Source: Eledone cirrhosa (Eukaryota). Taken from it: a stretch of DNA of 64,000 nucleotides. Below are positions 26,873 to 41,653 of this stretch, piece by piece. The first letter of the stretch is position 1. Each line of letters begins with the position of its first letter. The notes beneath the pieces are model-generated. The model did no database searches, had not been told where the DNA came from, and saw nothing but the letters and a program-made list of their open reading frames with translations. The translations under genes were made by a program, and so were the position numbers. Location of the stretch: NCBI GenBank assembly GCA_964016885.1, contig OZ024740.1:148738001-148802000 (forward strand). The letters are read 5' to 3'.

Positions 26873-27264
26873 TTTCTTCAAAGAAATTTTTGATAATAAT
26901 AAAAGTTTAAATTTTGGGCACAAGGCCCCAATCTTTTTGGGTGTCCTTTTCGGAAAACAATGTATGTGCGCTTATAAACAGTTAGCAATAAAATTTTCCA
27001 TAAATGACAATTTTTAACAAACGGAAATAACAAACCTTTGCGGAGCTCACGATGATACGATTTACTACGTAGGTCGCCAATAATAAAAATAATAATAATA
27101 GGGAAGAAAAACGCACGTTGTGGATATATCGTTATGGAATCGCTCCCGTAAGTTTTTGATTTTTACATAATTAAAACAACTGTGATAGAATAATTCTTAT
27201 TACAAATGAATCATAAGATTACAGTTTTACTCTCAGCAAGCGACAACGCATCACATTATGACAT

Positions 27265-27740
27265 AGGGCCCCAATATTTAATATTTAATTTTGGATCAGA
27301 AATGTTATAGTCAAAGAAGAGGAAAATGGCTACGTGGACAGACAGGCAAATAATTTCACCAGCAACACCACCACCGCGACCATCACCACTACCACACCAA
27401 AAAGATCTAGCCAAGTTACTCCAACTTCTTTTTCTACTTCAACTTCAACACCATCACTACAGTACTACGATCACACCACCACCACCACTGCCTCATTATT
27501 GCTACCGCCGCTATTCTCTCCTACTACCACCTGCTAAGACAGAGGTATCGTAGTATTCCCACTAAGTGAGGAAGGCATCAAAAGACATAATGATTCGATG
27601 ATCCTGTCAAAAATTCAAAAAATCAAAAATCAAAATCAAAACAGCACAGCAGTAACGAAAAGCGTAAAGAAAAGAAAAAAGAAAAGAAAAACAAACAAGC
27701 AAACTAACAAAAAAACTAAGTCAGACATTCAAACATTACA
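27265..27740 (+). mobile_element. Probable decayed Tx1 ORF1-like fragment in opposite orientation
   Basis: GCCCCAATAT as in the Tx1 5' UTR, Thr/Pro runs, and KKRKKKRKTNKQTNKKTKSD similar to ETNKQTNKKDKT in the 14-19 kb copy. Confidence 0.4.
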
Positions 27741-27819
27741 TTACAATGAAACTTATGCTTATTTTTTAAGGTTTTTACCTATTTGTTTGTTTGTTTATTT
27801 ATGTTCGTCTACAGCGTGA

Positions 27820-30800
27820 TAGTGCCACGCTAAAATCACCGGGGATGATCAAATCACTGGGGGTAATGAAATCACCGGTGGTTATGTGACCATACATTCA
27901 CCAATCCTCGATATGAGTGTTTAAATGTCGAACCTAAACAGTTCGAATAACGGTGAAGTGGAGACTGGAATGTCATGTGACAGACTCTCACACAGCAGGT
28001 GCTCCCTGGCCCAGCAACAGGGACCTGGCTGTCATCCAAATACTGCTGGTGTTGGAGGAAGAAGAAGAAGGAAAGGGACCAGAACCAACTGGACGAAAGA
28101 ATTCAATAGAACTGTTATGCAATGTTACCTGAAGAGTAACCCCAAGGAAATAGGCTATAGGAAACGGATGCATAACATCTGGAACGAGATTGGTCTATTT
28201 AAATTAGATGAACAAAAATTGGCCGAGCAGGCTCCGGTAATAAGAACTAATGGGTGGATAAGTGAGCTGGAACTGGAGGAACTCAGCAGAGAGATTAGGT
28301 TGGAAGTGGAGAGGGGAATATGCCAGGCAAACGAGCCAGAGGGAGATGAAGGTGGAGAAGAGGTTGAGAGACCGGAGGAAGCATCCGAAGCAGACAATGA
28401 TCTGAATGCTGAAATAAATAACATCTGGAACAAAGATGCGGCCATTGAGGAAATGAATGCTGACGGGCTAGGACAAGATTTGGTTGATATCCTAAACTTA
28501 GTGGTAGATGAATTGAACAATGATAGCGGGAAACCTATGAACCTAAGATTTGTAGACAGGAAAAAGTTAAAAGAAACAACAGTTAAAGTAAACAAAGTCA
28601 TCCCATACCTTGAGGCGAGGAACCTTCACCAGTGCAACAATATCCTCAAAGCAACAGCAAATGCGGTGAGGAAATTACTTGGCATAAAAGCGAGAGGAAA
28701 CAACAAACAAGAAAGATCAGAACCTTGGTGGAAGAAACGACTGAATGGCCAAATCAGGGAAATGAGAAATGACATTGGAAAGCTTGAGTCCCTACTGAAT
28801 GGGACACTAAAAAACATAGACACTAAAAATAGACTGGAAATAAAGTACAAAACTAGGAGGAAAAAACTAAATATTATCATAGAGGAACTGAAGCAACGCA
28901 TTGTAGCAAAGAGCGCAAATATTAGGCGATACGAGAGCAGAGTCAGTCAGTATAGACAAAACTGCATGTTTGACAACAACCAGAAGATGTTGTTTGGACA
29001 GCTTGAAGGGAAAGAAAGGGGCAACGACTTGATCCCTGAGGCGGAACAAACTAAGACATTCTGGAGAGGAATATGGGAGCAGGGTGTTGAACATAATGAT
29101 CAGGCAGTGTGGATTGAGACAATACAAAAGGAGATTAGTGAACAGGCACACCAACAAACTGATTTGAGTATCACAGTTGAAACTCTTAAGGGGCAGGCTA
29201 GAAAACTAACCAACTAGAAATCACCAGGCGCAGATGGTGTGCAGGGGTATTGGATTAAAAATATAACATCCCTGCACCTGAAACTGACAACCATGTTCAA
29301 TGACTGCTTGATGTCAGGTGAGGTACCAGAGTGGTTGACAAAAGGTACCATAGTTCTGGTAATGAAAGACCGAATCAAGGGTAATGATGTTACATGTCTA
29401 TCCGTAATGCGGAAACTGTTAACAAGCATTGTGTCTGAGGAAATATACCATCACTTCCACATAAACAACTTGTTACCGGACGAATAGAAAGAATGCCGAA
29501 ACAAGTCCCGTGGTACAAAGGACCAGTTACTTATTGATAAGATGGTAATGAGGAATTGCAAGAGGAGACACACTGATCTTGCCATGGGATGGATAGACTA
29601 CAAAAAGGCATTTGACTTGGTGCCTCATTCTTGGATCACCAAAAGCCTAGAGATCTTCAAGGTGGCAGATAACATCAGACAGTTGTTGAGCAAAAGTATG
29701 AAGTCCTGGAAAACAGAGTTAACATCGGCTGGAGAATCCTTGGGAGGCGTGAAGATCAAGAGAGGTATCTTCCAGGGAGATAGTCTGTCCCCTCTGTTGT
29801 TTGTCCTTGCCCTGATGCCCCTGACTATTATACTGCGAAAAGTGAGAAAGGAAAGGGAGAGCTTACCATAATTCACCTCCTCTTCATGGACGAAATGAAG
29901 CCCTTCGGGAAGAGTGAGAAGGAGTTGGATATGCTTGTTGAGACTGGCCGTATTATCAGCAATGATATATGTATGCAATTTGGTATTAGTAAGTGTGGAG
30001 TCATTGTGATGAAGAGGGGTAAATTGAGCAGAAGCAACGGAATCCAGGTACCAACAGGTGAGATGATAAAGGAAATTGACACTGAAGAAGGATACAAATA
30101 TTTAGGTGTTCTGGAGGCAGATGACACCAAGAACAAAAAAATGAAGGAATTGATAAGATCTGAGTACATTAGGAGAGTAAGGAGTGTATTAAAATCACAT
30201 CTAAATAGTAGGAATGTCATAAGTGCAGTGGATTCCCGAGCTGTGTCTATTATTAGGTACAGTACGGGAATTCTGAAATGGAATGTTGCTGAACAAAAAG
30301 AAATGGATAAGAAGACTAGGAAGCTATTGACTATCTACGACATGTTCCACAAGAGGAGTGATGTCGATAGACTCTACTTAAGGAGATCTGAAGATGGAAG
30401 TGGTCTTATCAGCATAGAGGACTGTGTTCAGATGGAGAAAAACAACCTACACAAATACGTGACTGATAGTAGGGAGCCAATGCTCAGAAATGTACTGAAG
30501 GAGAGGACAATAGACCATGGGATGTCCAAGGAGGAAATAACAACAAGGAGAAAGAGCAACCTTCATGAAAATCCCTTCATAGTACCTTCTTTGAGAAAAC
30601 TGAATTCAGAGATCCACAGACATGGAACTGGTTGAAAAGAGGAGACCTTAAAACGACTACAGAAGGAATGTTAATGGCTGCGCAAGAGCAGGCCTTCAAA
30701 ACGAAGTGGGTGAAACACCATATTTACAAGGAGGAGGCTAGCCCACTCTGTAGGATCTGTGGAGAAAGAGAGGAGACTGTGGCTCACATTGTATCCGAGT

Positions 30801-31400
30801 GTAAACACCTAGCCCAGACTCACTATAAAGGCTGGAGACATGATGTGATGGGCAGGGTGATCCACTGGCACCTATGCAAAGTAAACAATTTACCACATTC
30901 TGAGAAGTGGTATGAGCATAAGCCAGAGGCGGTGATAGAAAACGATCAGGTGAAGCTGCTGTGGGATTTTAGGATACAGACGGACAAGAAACTGGAACAC
31001 AATAGACTTGACCTGGTGATTTAGGACAAGGAAAAAAGATCGTGCCTGATTGTGGATGTGGCCTGCCCATTCGATACGAGAGTGAAAGAGAAGGAGAGGG
31101 AGAAAATTAACCGATACCAGGACTTAAAGTGGGAGGTAAAAAGGATTTGGAACTGCCATGAGGTCAAAGTGGTCCCGATTGTCATAGGCGCACTAGGTAC
31201 TATCTCAAAGAGTTTCCAAGGATGGTTTAAGAAAATTGGCCCCGCCCCGCTTTTTGGAACACTTCAAAAGGCATGCTTTGCTGGGAACAGCAAGAACCCT
31301 CCGATACGTCCTGAATATCTGAGGCTGCAGGTAGTGGCTTGATATTCATTTCAACAAACTTTCCAGTTAACTAACACCAATGACTGAAACTCAAAGAAAA
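27820..31400 (+). mobile_element. R4/Dong-clade retrotransposon, near full length, decayed
   Basis: [110 protein letters not shown]; several stops and frameshifts; ends in (AAT)n. Confidence 0.92.
27833..27886 (+). repeat. 18-bp tandem repeat x3 at the Dong 5' end
   Basis: AAATCACCGGGGATGATC / AAATCACTGGGGGTAATG / AAATCACCGGTGGTTATG. Confidence 0.8.
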
Positions 31401-31429
31401 ATAATAATAATAATAATAGTAATAATAAT

Positions 31430-32172
31430 GCTTTCTTTATTAACCACAAGGGTTTACACAAAGTAGACATTAAGGATAGTACAGGACAATACAGGACGGG
31501 CATTTCTGCGTGTAAAAAAACAAAATAACAGAGGATGTAATAAAAGAACAATGAACAATTCCCCAATAGGGGGAAACTTCCGAGGGCCATCGTGGAGAAT
31601 ACCCATTAAAAAAACCCACGGTGACCCTAACCACCAGGCCAAATGTCCTTTTCCAGTTTTCCACCTTGAATTTACAGGCATATACTCAGAGTAGGTACAT
31701 TCACTCGGGCCATTCTTGCTTCCCTCACCCATCTTTCAACAAAATGCTGGGAAGAGAGCACTTCCTTCTCTACCCTGATTTTCCTTTTCAAATGAAATTG
31801 GAAAAAGTTAATCAGGGCATCACTGAAGAGGTAAGTGCTCGTCTTCAGCCCTTTCAAACGTGTCCACCATACTATCTCTTTCGCCATGGCCACCAGACAG
31901 ATAAAAACTGCCTGCCCTTCCCGGCGGGAGGAAGAGGGCGGGGCAATCCTCACGATGGACTCAGCTGATAGTCGGATCCGTTCTACACGCGACAGCAGGT
32001 GTTCGACATAAACCCACAAGTCAGCAATGCTCGGACACTGGACGAGTGTATGCAGGACAGTTTCGTCACCCTGCGCGTATCTCGGACATGCCCGGCTGAC
32101 GGCACCTCCATGCTTGTAGAGTTTATCGCTTACTGGCAAAGCTCCTCGGTAGCACTGCCAGGCCAGGGATTT
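31430..32172 (-). mobile_element. Tx1 3' fragment inserted in the (AAT)n tail of the Dong element
   Basis: ORF 31672-32181 is near-identical to 21438-22049; same 3' UTR. Confidence 0.92.
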
Positions 32173-32329
32173 TAAATCCAAAGAGGGCTCGATAAGGATA
32201 AATATATATCAAATATATAAGAACCCCAGAGCAAATATTTATTAAAATAACACATTACTGAGTTTCAAAAGATCCCGTTAAGGGTGAAAGCAACGATTCT
32301 TTTCTTAAACTTTAATCTGTTATTTTAAT
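32173..32329 (-). mobile_element. Fold-back + tail insertion, family B (partly deleted)
   Basis: Reverse-complement homologue of 45232-45426. Confidence 0.8.
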
Positions 32330-32594
32330 ATATATATATATATATATATTTTGCGAGGTTTTTGATATGAAATCGTGTGTCGAAACAAATATTGTTATAC
32401 TTGGGGAGGGTCATATTTGTGTAATATTGCCAGAATTAATAACAGAACACACTCACTGTTTGGTTGGTTTTCGCTTTTCGCTTCTGTGTCTTTTATATCG
32501 GTAATTTAATTTATTCGGTCCTCAATGTTGCCATTGACTGACCAACGGTCAAAAACACAGATACAATATAGACACAAACACATATATATAGTTT

Positions 32595-32636
32595 ATCAAA
32601 GTTCTTTCGTTGCACATCTGCAACATCGTCAGTGAT
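32595..32636 (-). ncRNA. Minimal hammerhead ribozyme motif in PLE 3' region
   Basis: ATCA-CTGACGA-T-GTTGCA GATG TGCAAC-GAAAG AA CTT-TGAT. Confidence 0.7.
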
Positions 32637-32884
32637 GCTATTGTTTCCTCCCGCTGCGTTGTATTTTCTACGCCATCTTTATTTAGTCTGTTTATATATT
32701 TATTTATTTGTTTATTTTTTTTGTCTTCTTAGCGCATGCGTTTGCGTGTGTGTATAGTGTTTTGTTTGATGTGTTTTCGTGATTGGGTGACTGTGTATTG
32801 GTTAATGTATTCTATCTTTACTAGTGTGCGTTTATATGTGTTTGTTGTTATTGTGCTTGTGTATGTATTTATTTATTTATCTAT

Positions 32885-32912
<28 letters not shown>

Positions 32913-32915
<3 letters not shown>

Positions 32916-33785
32916 TACTTCTCTTAGGTCAGTGTTGTTTGTTTGGGTGTTGTTATTCCATTCATTTTTTCTGTTTAGCCTTGGCCTTCTAAATTCTATT
33001 TCACTGGCCTCTCTGATTTGCCTATCTGCTGGGTCATTTCTATGTTTAGATATTATTCTAATTTCTATGTTGTCTATGTTATCGTCGTGTTGTTGTCTGG
33101 CATGTTCGTATAGTACTGAACCATTTTTTCGTCCTTTTAGTTCCCCCCAGTGTTGGTCTATCCTTTCACCTTTGCTACGAGCTGTCGCACATATGTATGT
33201 TGTTGTCATGTTTCTGCATGTACCCTCTGCATATCTTATGCTATAGACTACGTTTCTAGTTTTACAGTTTATCCGGGGGTTTACCTTACATATAATACAT
33301 TTCCTATTAGTACAGTGGGTTTTCTTAAAAGGGTAGGTTTTGCTGATCAGGGATTTTATGGTGGATCCTGGCTTTTCTACCACCTTAATCTCTAAGTGGG
33401 TCTTTCTCAGGGCCTTTCTACACTGGTTAACTAATTTCCCTCTACGTGTAGCGTCCACAAACATGACACTCTGGTATCTCTGGTTGTCGTACCATGAGGT
33501 GGCTTTCCCTATCTTATGTCTAGCCCTATCTAAGCTATTCCATGATTTGCTCCTGTATAATGGGCAAATTCCTTTCATGTCCAGTTCTATGAGGGTCTTA
33601 TACTTCTCCGTGGCTCCTTCGTATACTCTGATTCTGTCTCTTTGGTTGTAGCCAGAGAACTGCATGCGGTTGATGAAATGTTGGATGTGTCTTTCCATTT
33701 CTGTTGGGTCGCACATGCAGGACACGTTCTTCATCACTCGTACCAAGTCTGCGATCAGAATATTAAACTTAGCACTACTGGACAT
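32913..33785 (-). CDS. PLE RT C-terminus + GIY-YIG endonuclease (5'-truncated, degenerate)
   Basis: SGY, IKVVEKPG, C..C..C linker, CKTRNVVYSI...TYICAT.R...R..QH, H...H, RQIREA..I...RPRLNRKNEW. Confidence 0.85.
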
Positions 33786-33869
33786 TGCTGAGTTTTGAGT
33801 ATCAGGTATTTGGAGGCCATGTGTTTAGCATAGTGTGAGTGGAGAATTTTGGCCCTCTCGTCTACAGTG

Positions 33870-36100
<2,231 letters not shown>

Positions 36101-36278
36101 GCCTCTAGAAACGTAAAAAATGGACAATGGCGCCAGTTGGACTCGAACTTGCAGTTGCGTTATATTGGGTTTCTAGGGGATTATATACATAACTTACGTT
36201 GAAGCTGTTAGCTAACGTGACGCTAATGTACATTTAATAAGTTAGATGAAGTTATCCTTCATCTAACTATATATATAT

Positions 36279-36790
36279 GTCCTGATGGCAATTTCAATGT
36301 TAGCATGTTAGCACCGACAATTTGACAGGTAAAAAAATGTGATTGGAAGGAATGGCTACCCCAACCTAAATAAGAATGGAGAAGACTTATTAGACTTCTG
36401 TTTTAGCAATGGCCTCATTTTATGAACATCTTCTTCAAGTACAGATACACCCATAAATATAGATTGTATACGGGGAATCAGAGACTGAGATCAATAATTG
36501 ATTTTGTTAATCGCTCTGATCTTTTTGATTCTGTGTTGGCTGTTCGTGTTAAGAGAGGAGCGGAGCTGTCAACTGACCACCATCTAATTACCTGCAACTT
36601 GGGACTACCTAAAATAAAAGAAGCCCACAAAACTGGCAAATCCAGCGTGATCAAATAAAGTGGGGAGAATTGGTTAAAAACGAAGTCAGGACTAGGTATG
36701 CAGATACAATTACATCCAAATTCTGGAAACTCCCTGATCAAACTGAAGACGTTAAGACAGAGTGGAAATTGTTCAGCTTCCAGCAGTTTC
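36279..36790 (+). mobile_element. RTE-clade LINE APE-endonuclease fragment
   Basis: VIGRNG.PNLNKNGEDLLDFC..NGL, RSIIDFV, VRVKRGAELSTDHHL. Confidence 0.8.
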
Positions 36791-36967
36791 TGCCTCAGCT
36801 GTTGAATGCTGCAGGCTAAGAGGCTTGTTGTGGCTCCGGGTGACAGGAGGACCTCTATCCTAGAAAGCTTGGCGTGAAAATAAATCCTCCGTCTTGCACT
36901 TGCGGTACTAGCAGGCACGAAACAGTAACAGGCAGTAAAAGCGCCCGAAGTTAAGAGATGGTAGGCT

Positions 36968-37220
36968 TTGGGGTTATATATTACCATATTGGTATTGTGC
37001 AAAATCTAAAAGCACCACCAATACCAGAAGATATGGTTTCATTTCTTGGAGATTCTGCCCAATGCCAGCGAAATATATATATATATGTATATATATTTGC
37101 CAGTCAAATATACACACATATATATTTGGCCGGTAGAATCTCCAAGAAATATAACCATATCTTCTGGTATTGTTACTTGTAGATTTTACCCAATTCCAAT
37201 ATGGTAATATATAACTCCAA
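36968..37220. repeat. Imperfect ~90-bp inverted repeat around a TA-rich core
   Basis: GTTATATATTACCATATTGG...CAATACCAGAAGATATGGTT..ATTTCTTGGAGATTCT mirrored at ~37135-37220. Confidence 0.8.
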
Positions 37221-37349
37221 AGTCTACTTACATAGATACAGATACATCGACAGTCGGTCGACTTTTGCCAAATAGAAGTGAGGAAACAACGTTTCCATTG
37301 TTCTTTCCAATTGCTAATACTATCTATCGGTCGCAACTCCAGGTAGAAG

Positions 37350-37467
37350 TAGCAACGTGAAATAAAGTGTCTTGCCCAAGGACATACACATCGCCCGGTC
37401 CGGGAATCAACTCACAACCTCACGATTGTGAATCCGATTCTCTAACCACTCAGCCATGCGCATTCAC
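37350..37467 (-). mobile_element. tRNA-derived CORE-type SINE 5' fragment
   Basis: TGGCTGAGTGGTTAG A box, degenerate B box GAGTTGATTCC, TGTCCTTGGGCAAGACACTT CORE-like segment. Confidence 0.7.
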
Positions 37468-37566
37468 AATATATATATATATATGTGTGTGTATATATAT
37501 ATATATATACAAACATATATACACACGCGCACATACACACACACGCGTACACACACACACACACAC

Positions 37567-37635
<69 letters not shown>

Positions 37636-37639
<4 letters not shown>

Positions 37640-38443
37640 ATGTAATAAAAAGGGACTACCGTTTCTGGATATCCTTATCATTAAAGAAGGGGAAGATATC
37701 AAAACAGACATATTATACAAACCAACAGACACACACCAATACTTGAAGTTCCGATCAGCACACCCTTCACATACCAAAAGAAACATTCCCTTTAGCATTG
37801 CAAGATGCATCTGCACCATAGTAACACACCCCACACTACAGGAAAAATGATTGTATGAATTAAAAGAGTTCCTTAAAAGACAAGAATATCCGGTGAACCT
37901 CATCAACACAGCCATCTCCAAAGCCCAGAACAGCCCAGTGACAACACTGAGAAAAGCAAACCAACAAAATAAACGGGAAAAACAGTTATTCCTTTTGTCA
38001 TCACTTACAATCCAAGGAACTTCAATACTGTGAAAGCCGTAAAACAATATCTCCCGATTCTCCAGCAGTCCCCCAAAATGAATGCACTCATAAAAGACTC
38101 ACAAATAATATATAGTAGATGCCAAGCGCCCAACCTAAAAAAAAACTGCTTACCAAGGCGAAATTTATGTCTGATAATGAAACAATGCAAGTTAAGAAAT
38201 CCGGGGACCCTCGATGTGGAACTTGTGAATACATTGAAGAGGGTGGGCAAATCTCATTTAAAAACAATCAGTTAATGTAAACATGAATTGCGAAACAAAA
38301 AACATAATGTTTACTGTGCAACCTGCCCACAATGTGAAGAATACTACATAGGTGAAATCGAAACGGATCTACATAATAGAGTTCGTGTACATAAACAAGA
38401 AATTAGAGATCTCTCTGTCAGAAACACCACATGCAGTGAACAC
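37636..38443 (+). mobile_element. PLE RT thumb + GIY-YIG fragment (frameshifted) between (TA)n and (CA)n
   Basis: LPFLDILI....[28 protein letters not shown]; NVYCATCPQCEEYYIGE...[12 protein letters not shown]. Confidence 0.88.
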
Positions 38444-38511
38444 AAACAAACAAACAAACAAACAAACACACACAGAGACACACAGAGACACACAGAGACT
38501 CACAGAGACAT

Positions 38512-38630
<119 letters not shown>

Positions 38631-38820
38631 CGCATACATACAGATATATATATATATTGTATTGGTACTCTGAAATAGTGATATACATATGAATGTACGT
38701 ATTGCATATTTAACAATACTGTAGGTTCTTTTAATAAATAAACATACAATATATTGTTAAATATACAATACGTATATACATATATGTATATATATCTGTG
38801 TGTGTGTGTGATACCTTTTC

Positions 38821-38912
<92 letters not shown>

Positions 38913-39494
38913 TATATATTGATAGATAGATAGAAATAGAGATAGAATAGTTGGACGAAGTGTTATTTCTATTTCGTATATTTTGTATTACGAAAGAATG
39001 GGTCCTCGATATGTAAACATAGACGCAATTAATATATTTTGTTAAAATTGATAAATTTGATAGTTTTCAGCCAGCATTGCCCCTAGCTATGTCTGAAATA
39101 ACACAATATTATTTGCATTTCATTGAATTAATAGTTTATAGTCTTATTTCTTTTACCAAAGCATGTATTCACCCTTATCAGAAAATGTATTCTAAAATAC
39201 AGATCATCACCCACCCAAGAACACATTCGTAAATATCGTAACAGTACCTACTTCCCTGGTTAGGTGTTTCAAAATTTATAGAATGCCTGGGACAATCAAG
39301 GTAAATCCGTATGATTTGAGATATGAGTAGTGTCCCTTTTCGAAGCAGATCGTGAAGTTAATATGAAAAATTATATAACAATATATAACGATGTAAAATG
39401 TGATATGTATGAGCAAGCTAGGTAGGTAATACAAATATTGTGAACATGTATATATATATATATATATTTAAATACGCCTGGTCCGTCAACTTAT

Positions 39495-39555
<61 letters not shown>

Positions 39556-39724
39556 GATATAGATATTCCAGTAGGTACTAAGTACCCACGGAAATATACA
39601 TGGTGTCTATAACAGTTGTTGTTCAATTTGAGATACCAGAATTATAAAAATGAGCGGAACAAGTAAACATTAAACAATCTTTTAAATAAATTAAAATACG
39701 ATTTAAATATTCACCTGTTCTAGT

Positions 39725-39804
39725 GCTGTGAACGACGGTTTCGATTATCAAAAGATTGGAATTTCAGAGAATTTCCAATGGAAAGAATCAGCTCTTCAGA
39801 CAGC
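39725..39804 (-). ncRNA. Hammerhead ribozyme-like motif in (TA)n-bounded insert
   Basis: GCTGT-CTGAAGA-extended stem II (GATT/AATC, TTGGAA/TTCCAA)-GAAA-CCGTCGTTC-ACAGC; one mismatch in stem III. Confidence 0.65.
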
Positions 39805-39829
39805 TATTTCCATACCACAGGGCACAAAA

Positions 39830-39899
<70 letters not shown>

Positions 39900-40562
39900 G
39901 AAAAATCAGTGATGCATCTGAACTCAATTCATTGTGTGTTACAATCGTTTCGCCGGCGGACAGCTCGAGACGGGATCTTTGTGTGGATCTGTCTGATTCT
40001 GGACCCGCAGGTTCGACGGGCACGTCTAATGATTTCGGAGCATATTCTCTCACTGGGCTATCTGACCCTCTGGGCCAGTACCGTCAAAAACTTCATCCTC
40101 TCCCCGCGTCCAGTGATTATATAAATATCTTCTTATATAAATGTTCTTTATAAAGGTGTCTTGGTGAAGGTTCAACAGGTCAAGAATTCAATTGAATTCA
40201 GGATTAAAAATAGAAATTCTTCATTAAAAAAGTCTTCATATATCTAAAAAGAACTTTGGAGGGAGCTGTGTGGTTATTGATAAAGTGAATTTGAAAATAA
40301 AAGGAAAGCACAAGCGGGGGACAATCCCTTCTTCAGTTGTCTGCTGGAGGTTACGAATATTTCAGCGCATTAAAGACAATATGTCTAACTCCAGTGCGTC
40401 AATAACTCGTGGAAGTTATTGGGGAAAGGGGAGAGAGAAAAAATCAAACAGAAGGGATAAAAGGGGGAAAAGAGAGGAACATGTATGTGTATAAATAACT
40501 AGGAGAGAGAGAGAGAGCAGTCAAAAAGAGCTACTTAACATAAGTCCGAGGCTTTTGCTGAC

Positions 40563-40602
<40 letters not shown>

Positions 40603-41433
40603 TTTGTGTGTGTGTGCGTGTGTGTGTGTGTGTAAGTATGCACACGTGCACACATATATACATACACACACACACACATATGTACGTATGAGTTATATCG
40701 AACATTACTAATAATGTTCCATTCGTTTGTAAACAAACGTCCCGATTTGAAGGTGTGTCGTGCCGGTGACCGATCGTCACCTGTTTGTTCAACATTGGCT
40801 TTGAGGAACAATCACACACGCACACACACACAGTAGCATTCCACCATACGAACATACTACACTGCCAATACAGAGGAACAAGGCAACAACACACGCACAC
40901 ACACACACACACTCAAGCGAGACAACAACACACGCACACACACACACAGTAACATTTAACAAACATGCAGAGAATAGACTGACAGCTGGCGCCATCCCAC
41001 TCCCTCATTCGGCCGCTGACCTCTGTACGACCGACCCCATTTCACGCGCACGCGCGCTCTGCCGAATACCTCAGATATTCAAAACAACAAACAGCGAAGG
41101 ACGCGTTCTGCACTTGTCCGACAGACAACCTTTTCCCCCCACCCCGGAAAAAAACCCCAGTTGATGGATGTGAATCCGAAATATATAGGGACTATTAAAT
41201 CTCTCCCAAGGTAACTCTCTCTTGTGTTGTTATTTTTATTTTATCCTTTATACTCTTCCCTTCATTCTACACATCTCATACACACCACGCATCTCAACGT
41301 ACACCCACTTACATCTCTCTCCACCACCGGACCTTGTTACCCGGAGATTTACCCATTTGCATTGTCGAGGCTTCCAAACGACTTAAAGATTAACTTATTG
41401 TTCCACAATGCTTCAAGCAAACTTCAATACTCT

Positions 41434-41500
<67 letters not shown>

Positions 41501-41572
41501 GCACACATACTCATATACAAAAAACGCACGCACATACTCACACACGCACACACACATACATATATATATCTT

Positions 41573-41653
<81 letters not shown>

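Larger units (their letters stand above)
21195..27078 (-). mobile_element. Tx1-clade LINE, full length (~5.9 kb), inserted in (ATT)n
   Basis: 5' UTR, ORF1, ORF2 and 3' UTR with AATAAA; (ATT)n at both ends. Confidence 0.95.

Noticed and set aside
36120-36165. Minus-strand GTTCGAGTCC...GCGCCA tRNA 3'-like piece
   Set aside because: No matching D arm or acceptor 5' strand found
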